DNA from: Candidatus Limnocylindria bacterium
GTDB taxonomy: Bacteria; Chloroflexota; Limnocylindria; P2-11E
Length of the DNA: 53,652 bases
Reading direction: 5' to 3'
Assembly (NCBI GenBank): GCA_036569845.1
Contig: DATCPY010000065.1
Coordinates: 1 to 53,652, forward strand
A program made the translations under genes and the position numbers. Under the pieces are notes generated by a model. The model saw only the letters and a list, made by a program, of their open reading frames with translations, did not search any database and was not told the DNA's origin. Below are positions 1 through 7,784 of this stretch, piece by piece (positions within the stretch are counted from its first letter, which is position 1; each line of letters starts with the position of its first letter).

Positions 1-289
1 CTTCGTCGATGCCGGCCCGCGCGAGCCAGCGGCGAAGCTCCGCGCCCGCGCGGCCGGAGAACGGCATCCGTGTCGTGAGCTCGACGATCCCTGGCGCCTG
101 GCCGACGATCATCACGCGATCGGTGACGTCGCCGGCGACGACGGGGGCGGCCGCGTCGAGGTAACCCGCCTCAACGCACTTCGTGCACGCGCGGATCCGG
201 GCGTGCAGGCGCTTGAGCTTCGCCGCGTCGGTCGGATCGCGCACGACCATCGCCGCGTCGGCCTTGGCGCGCTGTAGATGCGATCTCAT
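1..289 (-). CDS. Uracil-DNA glycosylase superfamily protein (Fe-S family 4/5-like), N-terminal part. The gene runs off the window start.
   Basis: Manual minus-strand translation from ATG at 289 gives MRSHLQRAKADAAMVVRDPTDAAKLKRLHARIRACTKCVEAGYLD...RVMIVGQAPGIVE...PFSGRAGAEL. The CxxC near the N-terminus and the GQAPG and FSGxxG motifs fit the UDG superfamily. It is absent from the ORF track because it is truncated by the window edge. Confidence 0.6.
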   Translation of the reverse strand, partial: MRSHLQRAKADAAMVVRDPTDAAKLKRLHARIRACTKCVEAGYLDAAAPVVAGDVTDRVMIVGQAPGIVELTTRMPFSGRAGAELRRWLARAGIDE

Positions 290-328
290 GGGCTTCACAC
301 GACGTTATGAGATGTGCATATTTGAGGA

Positions 329-1291
329 ATGGAACGACGACGATCGCTCCGCATCGATCGCGAACGGCTGGCGTGGGCGGCCGGTTTCTACGACGGGGAA
401 GGCACGACCTTCGCGAAGTCTGATAGCGACCGTCCTGGCTACCATCAGCTCTATGTCTCCGTCCCGCAGGCGGGAATCTCTACGCCACGCGTCCTCGAGC
501 GCTTCCGATCCTCACTGTTCGGCATGGGCAGGATCGACCCGCCCTCGACGAACGGCGCATACGTTTGGCGTGCGCGTGGCTTCGTTGACGCTCAGCAGTC
601 GGTGATCTGTCTTTGGCCGTATCTCGGGACGATCAAGAGGCAACAGGCTGCGGCCGCGATGCGTCGCGTATCGGGCCAGTTCAGCAGCGGCAGATACCGG
701 GCAAGACCCCCGAAGTCTAGACCGGTACTCGTCGAACATCGCATCTCGCGGCCGAGTGATCCCTCGCGGCTCGATCGCGCTTGGGCCGCGGGGTTCCTCG
801 ACGCCGAGGGTTGCTTTGGTCTCGCTCGAAGCCATAGGCGGGGTGACGGTTCGTCGTGGTATCGGATCCGAGCCTCCGCCAGCCAAAAGGGCGAGATCGG
901 CCGACCGCCGGAGGTCCTCGAGCAGCTGCATCGCGTGTTGGACGGCATCGGACGCATCGAGCGCCACGGCGAACCCGATGACTTCAAGTGGCTGGTCGAG
1001 GGAGTTCCCGCCGTGCGACAGGTTCTCACCATCGTTGGTCCATGGCTCAGCTCGGTGAAGCGGGAACAGGCGTGGAAGGCGCTCGACGACTTTCTCGGCC
1101 AGCGGCGGATCCACGGCGATCACGAACGTTGCGTTCGCGGGCACGCGTACGACAAGCGGGTGCTGCTGCAGGGCGGCCGTAGCCGCGGCTACTGCAATAC
1201 GTGCCGACGGTTGCTGGATCGACGGAAGCGAGCCGCGCAAGGGGTCGCTCCGCGTCAGTTCCGGAACGTCGCGCGTCGCTACACTGAATGA
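329..1291 (+). mobile_element. Free-standing double-motif LAGLIDADG homing endonuclease with a C-terminal Cys/His zinc-ribbon-like tail
   Basis: 320-aa ORF with two LAGLIDADG-type motifs, LAWAAGFYDGEG (residues about 14-25) and RAWAAGFLDAEGCFGL (about 150-165). The tail is ERCVRGHAYDKRVLLQGGRSRGYCNTCRRLL (CxxxH...CxxC). Third-codon positions look more A/T-rich than in neighbouring genes. Confidence 0.8.
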
Positions 1292-1297
1292 CGTCCA

Positions 1298-1374
1298 CGG
1301 GGTGTGGCCTAGCCCGGTTTAAGGCGCCACTCTGGGGGAGTGGAGACTCGCGGGTTCAAATCCCGCCACCCCGA
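1298..1374 (+). tRNA. tRNA-Pro: tRNA-Pro (anticodon GGG); CCA not encoded
   Basis: Manual cloverleaf: acceptor CGGGGTG/CACCCCG; D arm GCCT-AGCCCGGTTTA-AGGC; anticodon arm CCACT-CTGGGGG-AGTGG (U33, GGG at 34-36, G37); T arm GCGGG-TTCAAAT-CCCGC; discriminator A. The variable region seems to be 6 nt, which is slightly unusual. Confidence 0.85.
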
Positions 1375-1393
1375 CTGCCAGTAACCTACGAGG

Positions 1394-2692
1394 CTACGCC
1401 TCCACCGCCGCTGCCACGCTTGCCGGGAGCGCGACGCGGAACGTCGTGCCCTTCCCCACCTCGCTGTCGGCCCAAATGCGCCCGTTGTGGCGGTCGACGA
1501 TCTCCTTGGTGATGTAGAGACCGAGCCCCATGCCGCCAACATCACGCGCGAGGCGGTCGGGGGATCGGTAGAAGAGGCCAAAGACGCGGGCCAGCTCAGC
1601 CGGGCGGATGCCGATCCCGTGATCCTCGACCGTGAACTCGATCTCCTGCGCACCCACCCGCGTCACCGTCACCTCGATGGCACCGCCGTCGGGCGAGTAC
1701 TTCATGGCGTTCCCGATCAGGTTGTTGAGCACCTGCTCCAAGTGGTCGCGGTCACCTCGCACGCCGAGCTTGTGGTCGGGGTCGTAGTGCAGGCGGAGGT
1801 CGTGCTTCGTCGCCATCAGCTGGTGGCGCCGCATGACCTCCGCGAGGAGCTCGGGTAGATCCACGTCCGACACGCGAAGCTCGAGCCGTCCGGATTCGAT
1901 CCGCGAGACGTCGAGCAGCTCGTCGACGAGCCGAGCAAGCTTTGAGGTCTGCCGCTGCACGACCTCGAGCTGCTCGAGGAGGGTCTCCTCCTCTTTCTTC
2001 CAGTCCGCCTCGGCCGGCCTGCCCGCGCCCAGGCGCCGCTTGATCCGCCGCACCGCGATCTGCACGAATCCGGACATCGCCGTGATCGGCGTTTTCAGCT
2101 CGTGGGATGCGATCGAGAGGAACTGCGACTTCAGCTTGTCCAGCTCCTGCAGCTTCTCGTAGCTCGTCTGCAGCTCGGCACGGGCCTGGTCCAGCTCTTC
2201 GACGCGTTCCTGCAGCGAGTGCGTCGCCTCGGCGACGCGATCCTGCAGACCTTCGTTGAGCTCGTGGATCGTCTGGTTCGCCGCCTCGAGCTCTGTCACG
2301 CGCGTGCGCAGCTGCTCGCCGAGCCGCCGCCGCTCGATGCCGCGCGCGACCGTCGCGCGCAGCTCCTCCACGTCCGCGGGCTTGAGCATGTAGTCGTACG
2401 CGCCTTCGCGGAGCGCCTTCACGGCGGACTCGAGCGAGGCGTACCCGGTGAGCACGATGCCAACGGTGTCGCGCGATCGTTTGCGCGCCGCCGCGAGCAC
2501 GTCCATGCCGTCGAAGTCGTCGAGCCGGAGGTCGGTCAGCACGAGGTCGAACTCCTCGGCCTCGATCTGCGACAGCGCGTCCTGACCCCGGAGCGCGGTC
2601 GCGACGCTGTAGCCGTCCATCTCGAGGATCGCGGCCATCGTGATCGTGACGCTCTCCTCGTCATCGACGACCAGCACCCTAGGCGGCGGCAT
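1394..2692 (-). CDS. Hybrid response-regulator receiver / histidine kinase (REC, coiled coil, HisKA, HATPase_c)
   Basis: The N-terminus VLVVDDEESV...LVLTDLRLDDFDGMDV...LKP is a REC domain. A long coiled coil follows, then the H-box SIASHELKTPITAM and the G-boxes DHGIGI and GMGLGLYITKEIV. ATG at 2692 overlaps the upstream kinase stop by 14 nt. Confidence 0.9.
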   Translation of the reverse strand: MPPPRVLVVDDEESVTITMAAILEMDGYSVATALRGQDALSQIEAEEFDLVLTDLRLDDFDGMDVLAAARKRSRDTVGIVLTGYASLESAVKALREGAYDYMLKPADVEELRATVARGIERRRLGEQLRTRVTELEAANQTIHELNEGLQDRVAEATHSLQERVEELDQARAELQTSYEKLQELDKLKSQFLSIASHELKTPITAMSGFVQIAVRRIKRRLGAGRPAEADWKKEEETLLEQLEVVQRQTSKLARLVDELLDVSRIESGRLELRVSDVDLPELLAEVMRRHQLMATKHDLRLHYDPDHKLGVRGDRDHLEQVLNNLIGNAMKYSPDGGAIEVTVTRVGAQEIEFTVEDHGIGIRPAELARVFGLFYRSPDRLARDVGGMGLGLYITKEIVDRHNGRIWADSEVGKGTTFRVALPASVAAAVEA

Positions 2693-4751
2693 CTGGCGGC
2701 GGACCTCCGATCGGGAGCGTCATGCTGAAGACCGAGCCGCCGCCGGGCTGGTTGCGCACTTGCAAACGCCCGCCGTGGCTCTGCGCGATCCCAAGGCTCA
2801 CCCAGAGGCCGAGGCCGGTGCCCTTTTTGCCCTTCGTCGAGAAGAACGGCTCGAAGATGTGCGCAAGGTATTCCTCCGCGATCCCCGGCCCGGTGTCCGC
2901 GACCTGGATGCGCACCGCATCGGTCCGAATGAAACCCGAGGCCGCGTCACGATGCGATTCGGTCGACACGGTGACGAGCCCGCCCTTCGGCATCGCCTCG
3001 GCCGCGTTCAGCACGAGGTTGAGGATGACCTGCTTGATCTGGTCCGATGAGGCCATGACCTTCGGCAGGTCCGGCTGGAGCTTCTTCTCCACCTTCACGT
3101 TGCGCTCGCGGAGCCGCTTCGCGACCAGGGCCTCGGCCTCCTCGATGAGCGCGTTCAGGTCGGTCGGCACGAGGTCCGCCGCCGGCCGGTAGAAGCCGAG
3201 CATCTGCCGGAGGATCCGGCTCATCCGCTCGGTCTCTTTCATCGCGATGTTCAAGAACTTGGCGTTCGGGTCATCGTCGGGAATGCGCTTCACGAGGAGG
3301 TAGAGGGCGTTCTGGATCGCCTCGAGCGGGTTGTTGATCTCGTGCGCGATCGAGGCTGCGAGCCGGCCGGTCGCGGCGAGCTTCTCGGACTCGAAGAGAG
3401 CCTGCTCCAGCCGGCGGCGCTCGAGCTCGCGAAGGCGACCGACGTCCTGCATGACCGACACGGTCGCGATGGTCGCGCCGACGGTGTCGCGGACCTCGTT
3501 CGCGGTCACCTGCAGCTCGAGCTCCTCACCCGTGTCGACGTCGGTGAGCCGCAGCTCGCCGGTCCGCCGGGTCTCGGGATCGAGAGACAGCTGGGCCAGG
3601 AACGAGGTGAACTTCGCGTCGTTGCGCATCGCGACCTGGTTTCGGCGCGATTGCACGAGCGGATCGCGCGGCGGCTTGAACAGCCGATCGGCCGCTGCGT
3701 TCATGCTGACGATCTCGTTCGTGTTGTCGACGACGATGATCGGGTTCGGCACGTTGCGGAGCACGAGATCCAAACGGTCCCGCTCCATCCGGATCTCCTG
3801 GTCGACGGACTGCAGGCGCTGGATGTTCGCGGATAGCTCCTGGGTGACGTGCCGCAGGTCAGTCACGTTCTTGAGGACCGATACGACGCCCTTGGCGCCG
3901 ATGCGGTAATTGGTCGCCGGCGAGGTGATGACCTCGAAGATGAGCTCGTCGCCTTCGATCGGGTCGACGAGGGTCAGCTCACGGGTGCGCTCGCTCGCGC
4001 TCTGGAGATTCCAGGTCGAGAGCGCCGCGGTGAACAGGAAGTTGTTCATCGAGATCGCGTGCGCCTTTCCGGCGCTGTCGTCCTTGCCGCTCTTGAACAG
4101 CAGCTCGGCGCTGTGGTTCGCGAGCACGAGCTCGTTCTGGTCGTCGGTCACCACGACGGGGTCGGCGAAGGCGTTGACCATCCACCAGAGCCATTCCTTC
4201 TCGATCGCGTGGGCCTCGGCGCCGAGGCGTAGCTCGGCGACGGAACGGGCCTGTGCCAGGAGGCTCCCGGCCTGCGACGCGAACGGGGCGAGGGCCCGTA
4301 CATCGGCATCGCTCGCCGGCGCGCCCTTCGAGAGCAGCACCACGCCGATCGGCGGCTGATCGGCGCCGCGCAACGGCGCGACGACGAATGACTCGAAGCC
4401 GAGCTCCGTGAGGATCTCCCGCGTCGTCGGCGTGACCCGCTCGTCGGAGGCCACGTCGTCGACCCGCTGCGGCACCCCGGAGTGGAACGCGACGATGCTC
4501 GGATCCTGGAGGTTCGCCAGAGGGACCGAGAACGCCTCAGCGATCTGATCGGCGATGCCGCGGCCGAATCGGCCGCGGATCACGCGCGTCCGTTCATCGG
4601 CGAGCGCTACGAGCGATCGCTCGTAGCCGAACGCGCGAGCCAGACCATCGAGCACCGGCAGGAGCGCCGCTTCGGGATCGGTCCCGATCAGCAGCTCTCG
4701 CGGAAGGGCCTCGAACTCGTCGAGCGCGGTGCGCTCGATCGCGCCGGCCAT
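2679..4751 (-). CDS. Cytoplasmic sensor histidine kinase (GAF, two PAS-like regions, HisKA, HATPase_c)
   Basis: 690 aa. The N-terminal region is GAF-like (LDGLARAFGYERSLVAL...VVAPLRG...IGVVLL). The central part has PAS-like segments. The H-box is ASIAHEINNPLEAI and the ATP-lid is GTGLGLWVSLGIAQSHGGRLQV. No obvious TM segment. Confidence 0.88.
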   Translation of the reverse strand: MAGAIERTALDEFEALPRELLIGTDPEAALLPVLDGLARAFGYERSLVALADERTRVIRGRFGRGIADQIAEAFSVPLANLQDPSIVAFHSGVPQRVDDVASDERVTPTTREILTELGFESFVVAPLRGADQPPIGVVLLSKGAPASDADVRALAPFASQAGSLLAQARSVAELRLGAEAHAIEKEWLWWMVNAFADPVVVTDDQNELVLANHSAELLFKSGKDDSAGKAHAISMNNFLFTAALSTWNLQSASERTRELTLVDPIEGDELIFEVITSPATNYRIGAKGVVSVLKNVTDLRHVTQELSANIQRLQSVDQEIRMERDRLDLVLRNVPNPIIVVDNTNEIVSMNAAADRLFKPPRDPLVQSRRNQVAMRNDAKFTSFLAQLSLDPETRRTGELRLTDVDTGEELELQVTANEVRDTVGATIATVSVMQDVGRLRELERRRLEQALFESEKLAATGRLAASIAHEINNPLEAIQNALYLLVKRIPDDDPNAKFLNIAMKETERMSRILRQMLGFYRPAADLVPTDLNALIEEAEALVAKRLRERNVKVEKKLQPDLPKVMASSDQIKQVILNLVLNAAEAMPKGGLVTVSTESHRDAASGFIRTDAVRIQVADTGPGIAEEYLAHIFEPFFSTKGKKGTGLGLWVSLGIAQSHGGRLQVRNQPGGGSVFSMTLPIGGPPPDAAA

Positions 4752-4769
4752 CAGCCGGTCACCGAGCCG

Positions 4770-5072
4770 CTAGCGACGTTCCGCGGCGCCGGCCGGTGCC
4801 GACGACGGCGTGCCCGACATCCCGCCCGAGCCGATCGATCCACCGCTGCCCGATCCGGCAGCGGGGCGAGCGACGGTCGACGTGATGCCGAGGGCCTCGG
4901 CGTAGCGGAGGTACGTGTCGATCGACGCGACGACGACGCGAGCCTCGACGGTGATCAGGTCGATGCCGACGAGCGAGACCCGGATCCAGGCATCGATGAC
5001 GATGCCCTTGTCCAGGATCCGGTCGAGGACATCGATGAGGCTGGTGCCACCAGCGGCGCGTTCAACTGGCAT
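4770..5072 (-). CDS. gvpA: Major gas vesicle structural protein GvpA with a Gly/Ser-rich C-terminal extension
   Basis: [52 protein letters not shown] is almost colinear with the canonical GvpA core ([49 protein letters not shown]). An ATG start is present. Confidence 0.93.
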   Translation of the reverse strand: MPVERAAGGTSLIDVLDRILDKGIVIDAWIRVSLVGIDLITVEARVVVASIDTYLRYAEALGITSTVARPAAGSGSGGSIGSGGMSGTPSSAPAGAAERR

Positions 5073-5079
5073 TTCTTAC

Positions 5080-5403
5080 CTACCGTTTCGGATTCGCGGA
5101 CTTGAGCGTGCGTTCGAGATCGGCAATGCGCGCTTCGAGACGTTTGATTTCTCCCGCTCCATCGCCACCGCTCGCGCCTGGCTCGACGAGCCGCTTGTCG
5201 TACCGCCACCAGTTCAGCCCGATCTGCTCGGCCTTGTCGATCGAGCAGACCAGGAGCCGGATGCGGATCGTGAGCAGCTCGACGTTCGCGAGCGAGATGC
5301 TGATGTCACCCGCGACCACGAGGCCCTTGTCGAGGACCCGGTCGAGGATGTCGATGATGCTCGTCGACGGCGCGGGCGAGATCCCGCGTCCACTCATTGT
5401 CAT
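5080..5403 (-). CDS. gvpJ: Gas vesicle protein GvpJ/GvpM (GvpA family)
   Basis: SIIDILDRVLDKGLVVAGDISISLANVELLTIRIRLLVCSIDKAEQIGLNWW shows the GvpA-family fold signature, and the trailing WW motif is typical of GvpJ/M. Confidence 0.88.
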   Translation of the reverse strand: MTMSGRGISPAPSTSIIDILDRVLDKGLVVAGDISISLANVELLTIRIRLLVCSIDKAEQIGLNWWRYDKRLVEPGASGGDGAGEIKRLEARIADLERTLKSANPKR

Positions 5404-5410
5404 TGGCGGC

Positions 5411-5731
5411 TCACAATAGCTTTCCGATCGGACCGAGGCCCAGGTTGAGATCGTCGGGGTCCAGGTCGAAGGCCAGCGCCATCTCCCGGACTTTCGCTTC
5501 CAGCCGCATCAGTGCGAGTCCCACCCGCTCGATCTCGTCATCGCTCAGCGTGCCTCCGTCCATCCGTCTGATCGCCTGTCGCTCGAGCAGCTGCCGAAAG
5601 AACTCGACGAGGGTGAGCACCAGCTTGGCCAACCCCTGCTCGACGCCCTCCGGGTCGACATTGACGCGGTCCGGCAGGATCCCGCGGACCCGCTCCAGCT
5701 CTTTCCGGAGCGCCCCGATCTCATCCTCCAC
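5411..5731 (-). CDS. gvpK: Gas vesicle protein GvpK
   Basis: 106 aa. GLAKLVLTLVEFFRQLLERQAIRRMDGGTLSDDEIERVGLALMRLE matches the conserved GvpK core as I recall it. The GTG start overlaps the upstream gene by 11 nt. Confidence 0.8.
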   Translation of the reverse strand: MEDEIGALRKELERVRGILPDRVNVDPEGVEQGLAKLVLTLVEFFRQLLERQAIRRMDGGTLSDDEIERVGLALMRLEAKVREMALAFDLDPDDLNLGLGPIGKLL

Positions 5732-6470
5732 GGCCGCTCCCGAGCTCCTCGGTGAAGCTGTAGGGCGGCCACGGCCCGCTCACCACCCCGCGAACGCCCG
5801 CGATCGCGCCCACGGCCGACGTCGCCCGCGCCTTCAGCGCGCCGGCCTCGTCCCTCCGAGCCAGTAGCGACATGGACAGCGCCACCTCAGCGCTCGGGCA
5901 ACTTTCGTGCCGAGCGTCTGCTTGGTCGATCGACAGCTCGACGCGGAGCCGCTCCGCGAACGCGTCGGCCAGATACCGGCGTTCGTCGGTGACGGCATGC
6001 GCCGCTCGCTTGCGATCGAGGAATTTCCGGCCGGCCCCGTCCCCGTCCTTCGTGCGGCCGGGCCCGGCTTGGCCGGCCCCGGCCGAGCCCCATTCAAAGG
6101 CGCCTGGCCGCACGATTTCGGCGGCATCTTGCCAGAGCAGGGTCACCGCGACTTCTTGGCTCTCACCGAGCCGGTCGATGGCGGCGCTGAACCGGTCTTG
6201 ATCGGTCTCGAGCGATCGTCGGGCGGCAGCCTCGTCAATGAGCCAGGTGCCGAACCGGACGGGCAAGCATGGCCCCGCCTCGCACAGCACCGCGACCAGG
6301 TCGTGATGGGCGAACGCGTCGTCGCGCGAGAGCGTCGGCTCGCCATCCCACCTCGTCGCCCACAATCCGAGCTCGCCGGCGGTGATCTGCTCGAGGGGCC
6401 GGCCGCGAAGCCCCGCCTCCGGGCCATCGGCGGCGCGGCGCGTGATCGCGTGCGCCAGGAATCGGGTCAC
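5721..6470 (-). CDS. gvpL: GvpL/GvpF family gas vesicle protein (paralog 3), carrying an in-frame copy of a GC-rich hairpin repeat
   Basis: 249 aa. It ends with SGPWPPYSF, the typical GvpL/F C-terminal motif. The N-terminal LPVRFGT resembles the GvpF/L core. GTG start in a GTGA overlap with the gvpS-like stop. Confidence 0.75.
   Translation of the reverse strand: MTRFLAHAITRRAADGPEAGLRGRPLEQITAGELGLWATRWDGEPTLSRDDAFAHHDLVAVLCEAGPCLPVRFGTWLIDEAAARRSLETDQDRFSAAIDRLGESQEVAVTLLWQDAAEIVRPGAFEWGSAGAGQAGPGRTKDGDGAGRKFLDRKRAAHAVTDERRYLADAFAERLRVELSIDQADARHESCPSAEVALSMSLLARRDEAGALKARATSAVGAIAGVRGVVSGPWPPYSFTEELGSGRGG
6038..6097. repeat. GC-rich REP-like hairpin element, copy 1 (inside the gvpL/F paralog CDS)
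   Basis: CGTCCCCGTCCTTCGTGCGGCCGGGCCCGGCTTGGCCGGCCCCGGCCGAGCCCCATTCAA matches 16554-16613 at 56/60 positions by manual alignment. It contains a 13-bp imperfect stem (6055-6067 / 6073-6085). Confidence 0.8.
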
Positions 6471-6664
6471 TTCGTGCGTGCTTCCTTCTGGGCGATGGTC
6501 TCGACGGCCGTCAGGATGACGTTGAGGCCGAGGTAGATCAGGTCAACGCCCGCGACGGAGATCGTGGCCTCGCCGGTGATGACCACGCCGCGGTTCAGCA
6601 GCCGGTCGACGAGATCGAGGACGCTGAGCTCCTCGTCGGGGAGCGCCGCGAGCGGGCCGGTCAT
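6467..6664 (-). CDS. gvpS: Small GvpA-family protein (GvpS-like)
   Basis: 65 aa starting at the internal ATG (6664) of the long track ORF 6467..7264: MTGPLAALPDEELSVLDLVDRLLNRGVVITGEATISVAGVDLIYLGLNVILTAVETIAQ. ATGA overlap with the upstream stop. Confidence 0.8.
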   Translation of the reverse strand: MTGPLAALPDEELSVLDLVDRLLNRGVVITGEATISVAGVDLIYLGLNVILTAVETIAQKEARTK

Positions 6665-7446
6665 GACAGCTCGACCGTCGAGAACCGGTACGCCGGCCAG
6701 GGACCGCTGAGCTCCAGCGCATAGCCGCGCGCGCCCCACGCCGCGCCGAAGGAGCTGCGGAGCGCATCGAGCGTGGCCGTCGCGTCGCGAGCTGCGAGCA
6801 CCGAGAACCGCGCGATCATCCCGCCGCCGGCGTCCTCGACGAGCGGCTCGCGGAACAGCGGCATCGTGGCGCCCTCGAATGACCCCGTCGCCGCGGCGAC
6901 GGCCGCCGCGTCGGCCGCGCGCAGCTCCTGGCGCTTCGTCTCGTCGAGCCGGCGGGCGACGAGGTAGGCGCGCCCCGGCGGCGCTGCCTCGATCTCGGCC
7001 CGCAGCGCGCGGAGCGCCTCGCTCCCCTGCTCCACGGCCGCCAGCGCCGCGTCCTTGTCCCGCCGGACCACCGCGATCCACTCCGCCTTGCCCCGAAGGG
7101 ACTCGAACCGCGGGCCGAGCTCCGCGCCGCGTTCGCGAAGCATCCGGGTCACGCCGTCCGCGTCGCGGAAGACGGTACCGAACGAGAGCGGGACGAGCGG
7201 ATCGCACGCACTCGCGAGCGCGCCATTCACGTCCTGATGGCGGACGGCGCGCGGAGTGAGCCACTCCATATCGGACAGGTGCGCGTTCAGCGGGGCCTCG
7301 GCGTAGTCGCTTTCGGGAACGTCGCTCACGAATGCCGCGAGGTCGCCATCGCGGATCGCGCGGATCGCCCCGTCATCGAGGCCCCGCAGGCCGCCGGGCT
7401 CCGCGCAGACGGCGCGCGCGATCGCGTAGACATAGACGAGGCTCAC
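6661..7446 (-). CDS. gvpL: GvpL/GvpF family gas vesicle protein (paralog 2)
   Basis: Starts at GTG 7446 (GTGA overlap with the gvpG stop): VSLVYVYAIAR...LVPLSFGTVFRD...SGPWPAYRFS. The part of track ORF 6661..7845 upstream of this is an Arg/Gly-rich artefact. Confidence 0.8.
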   Translation of the reverse strand: MSLVYVYAIARAVCAEPGGLRGLDDGAIRAIRDGDLAAFVSDVPESDYAEAPLNAHLSDMEWLTPRAVRHQDVNGALASACDPLVPLSFGTVFRDADGVTRMLRERGAELGPRFESLRGKAEWIAVVRRDKDAALAAVEQGSEALRALRAEIEAAPPGRAYLVARRLDETKRQELRAADAAAVAAATGSFEGATMPLFREPLVEDAGGGMIARFSVLAARDATATLDALRSSFGAAWGARGYALELSGPWPAYRFSTVELS

Positions 7447-7781
7447 GCGGGCCGGTCGAGCTCCTCGGGCGTCTCGATGATGGCGACCCGCCCCGATCCT
7501 GTCTCCGCGACGAGCCCGGCCATCTGCTCCTCCGCGAGCTGCTTGCGGTACGCGCGGATGGTCGAGAACTGCGCCAGGAGCGGGGCCTCTTGGCGTCGGA
7601 ACTCCGCCTCGTCGATCTCGCCGTCCTCGAGGCGCATGTTCAGGAGGATGAGCTCGTCCTTCACCGCGGAGTCGTCGGTCATCTCGACCTCGGCCATCTG
7701 GATGACCTGATTGATGCAGTACTTGATGCCCGCTGCAGGAAGCGAGTACGGGAGCATGAGCAGCTTGCCGAGGCCGAACAC
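7443..7781 (-). CDS. gvpG: Gas vesicle protein GvpG
   Basis: 112 aa. The N-terminus FGLGKLLMLPYSLPAAGIKYCINQVIQMAE and the following acidic helix (ELILLNMRLEDGEIDEAEF) fit my recollection of GvpG. GTG start 3 nt after the gvpF stop. Confidence 0.75.
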   Translation of the reverse strand: MFGLGKLLMLPYSLPAAGIKYCINQVIQMAEVEMTDDSAVKDELILLNMRLEDGEIDEAEFRRQEAPLLAQFSTIRAYRKQLAEEQMAGLVAETGSGRVAIIETPEELDRPA

Positions 7782-7784
7782 GGC

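Noticed and set aside
329-1291. Possibility that the LAGLIDADG protein is an intein or an intron-encoded ORF
   Set aside because: There is no host extein reading frame on either side and no Cys/Ser...His-Asn splice junction context. There are no group I intron-like structures. It has its own start and stop between a divergent UDG gene and a tRNA.
1298-1374. tRNA-Pro as the attachment site of an integrated genomic island carrying the gvp cluster
   Set aside because: No integrase, excisionase, transposase or direct repeat of the tRNA 3-prime end was seen anywhere in 1375-11140. The kinase gene begins 20 nt after the tRNA.
1288-1512. 74-aa ORF covering the tRNA-Pro sequence
   Set aside because: The region folds into a complete tRNA cloverleaf, so the ORF is incidental.
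6467-7264. Long upstream extensions of true genes in the ORF track. Examples are 6467..7264, 6661..7845, 8616..9107, 8849..9529, 11336..13090, 22865..24748, 28670..29887 and 34517..35290.
   Set aside because: The extensions are Arg/Pro/Gly-rich and overlap the preceding gene. Homology starts at internal ATG/GTG codons that form 1-4 nt overlaps with the upstream stop.
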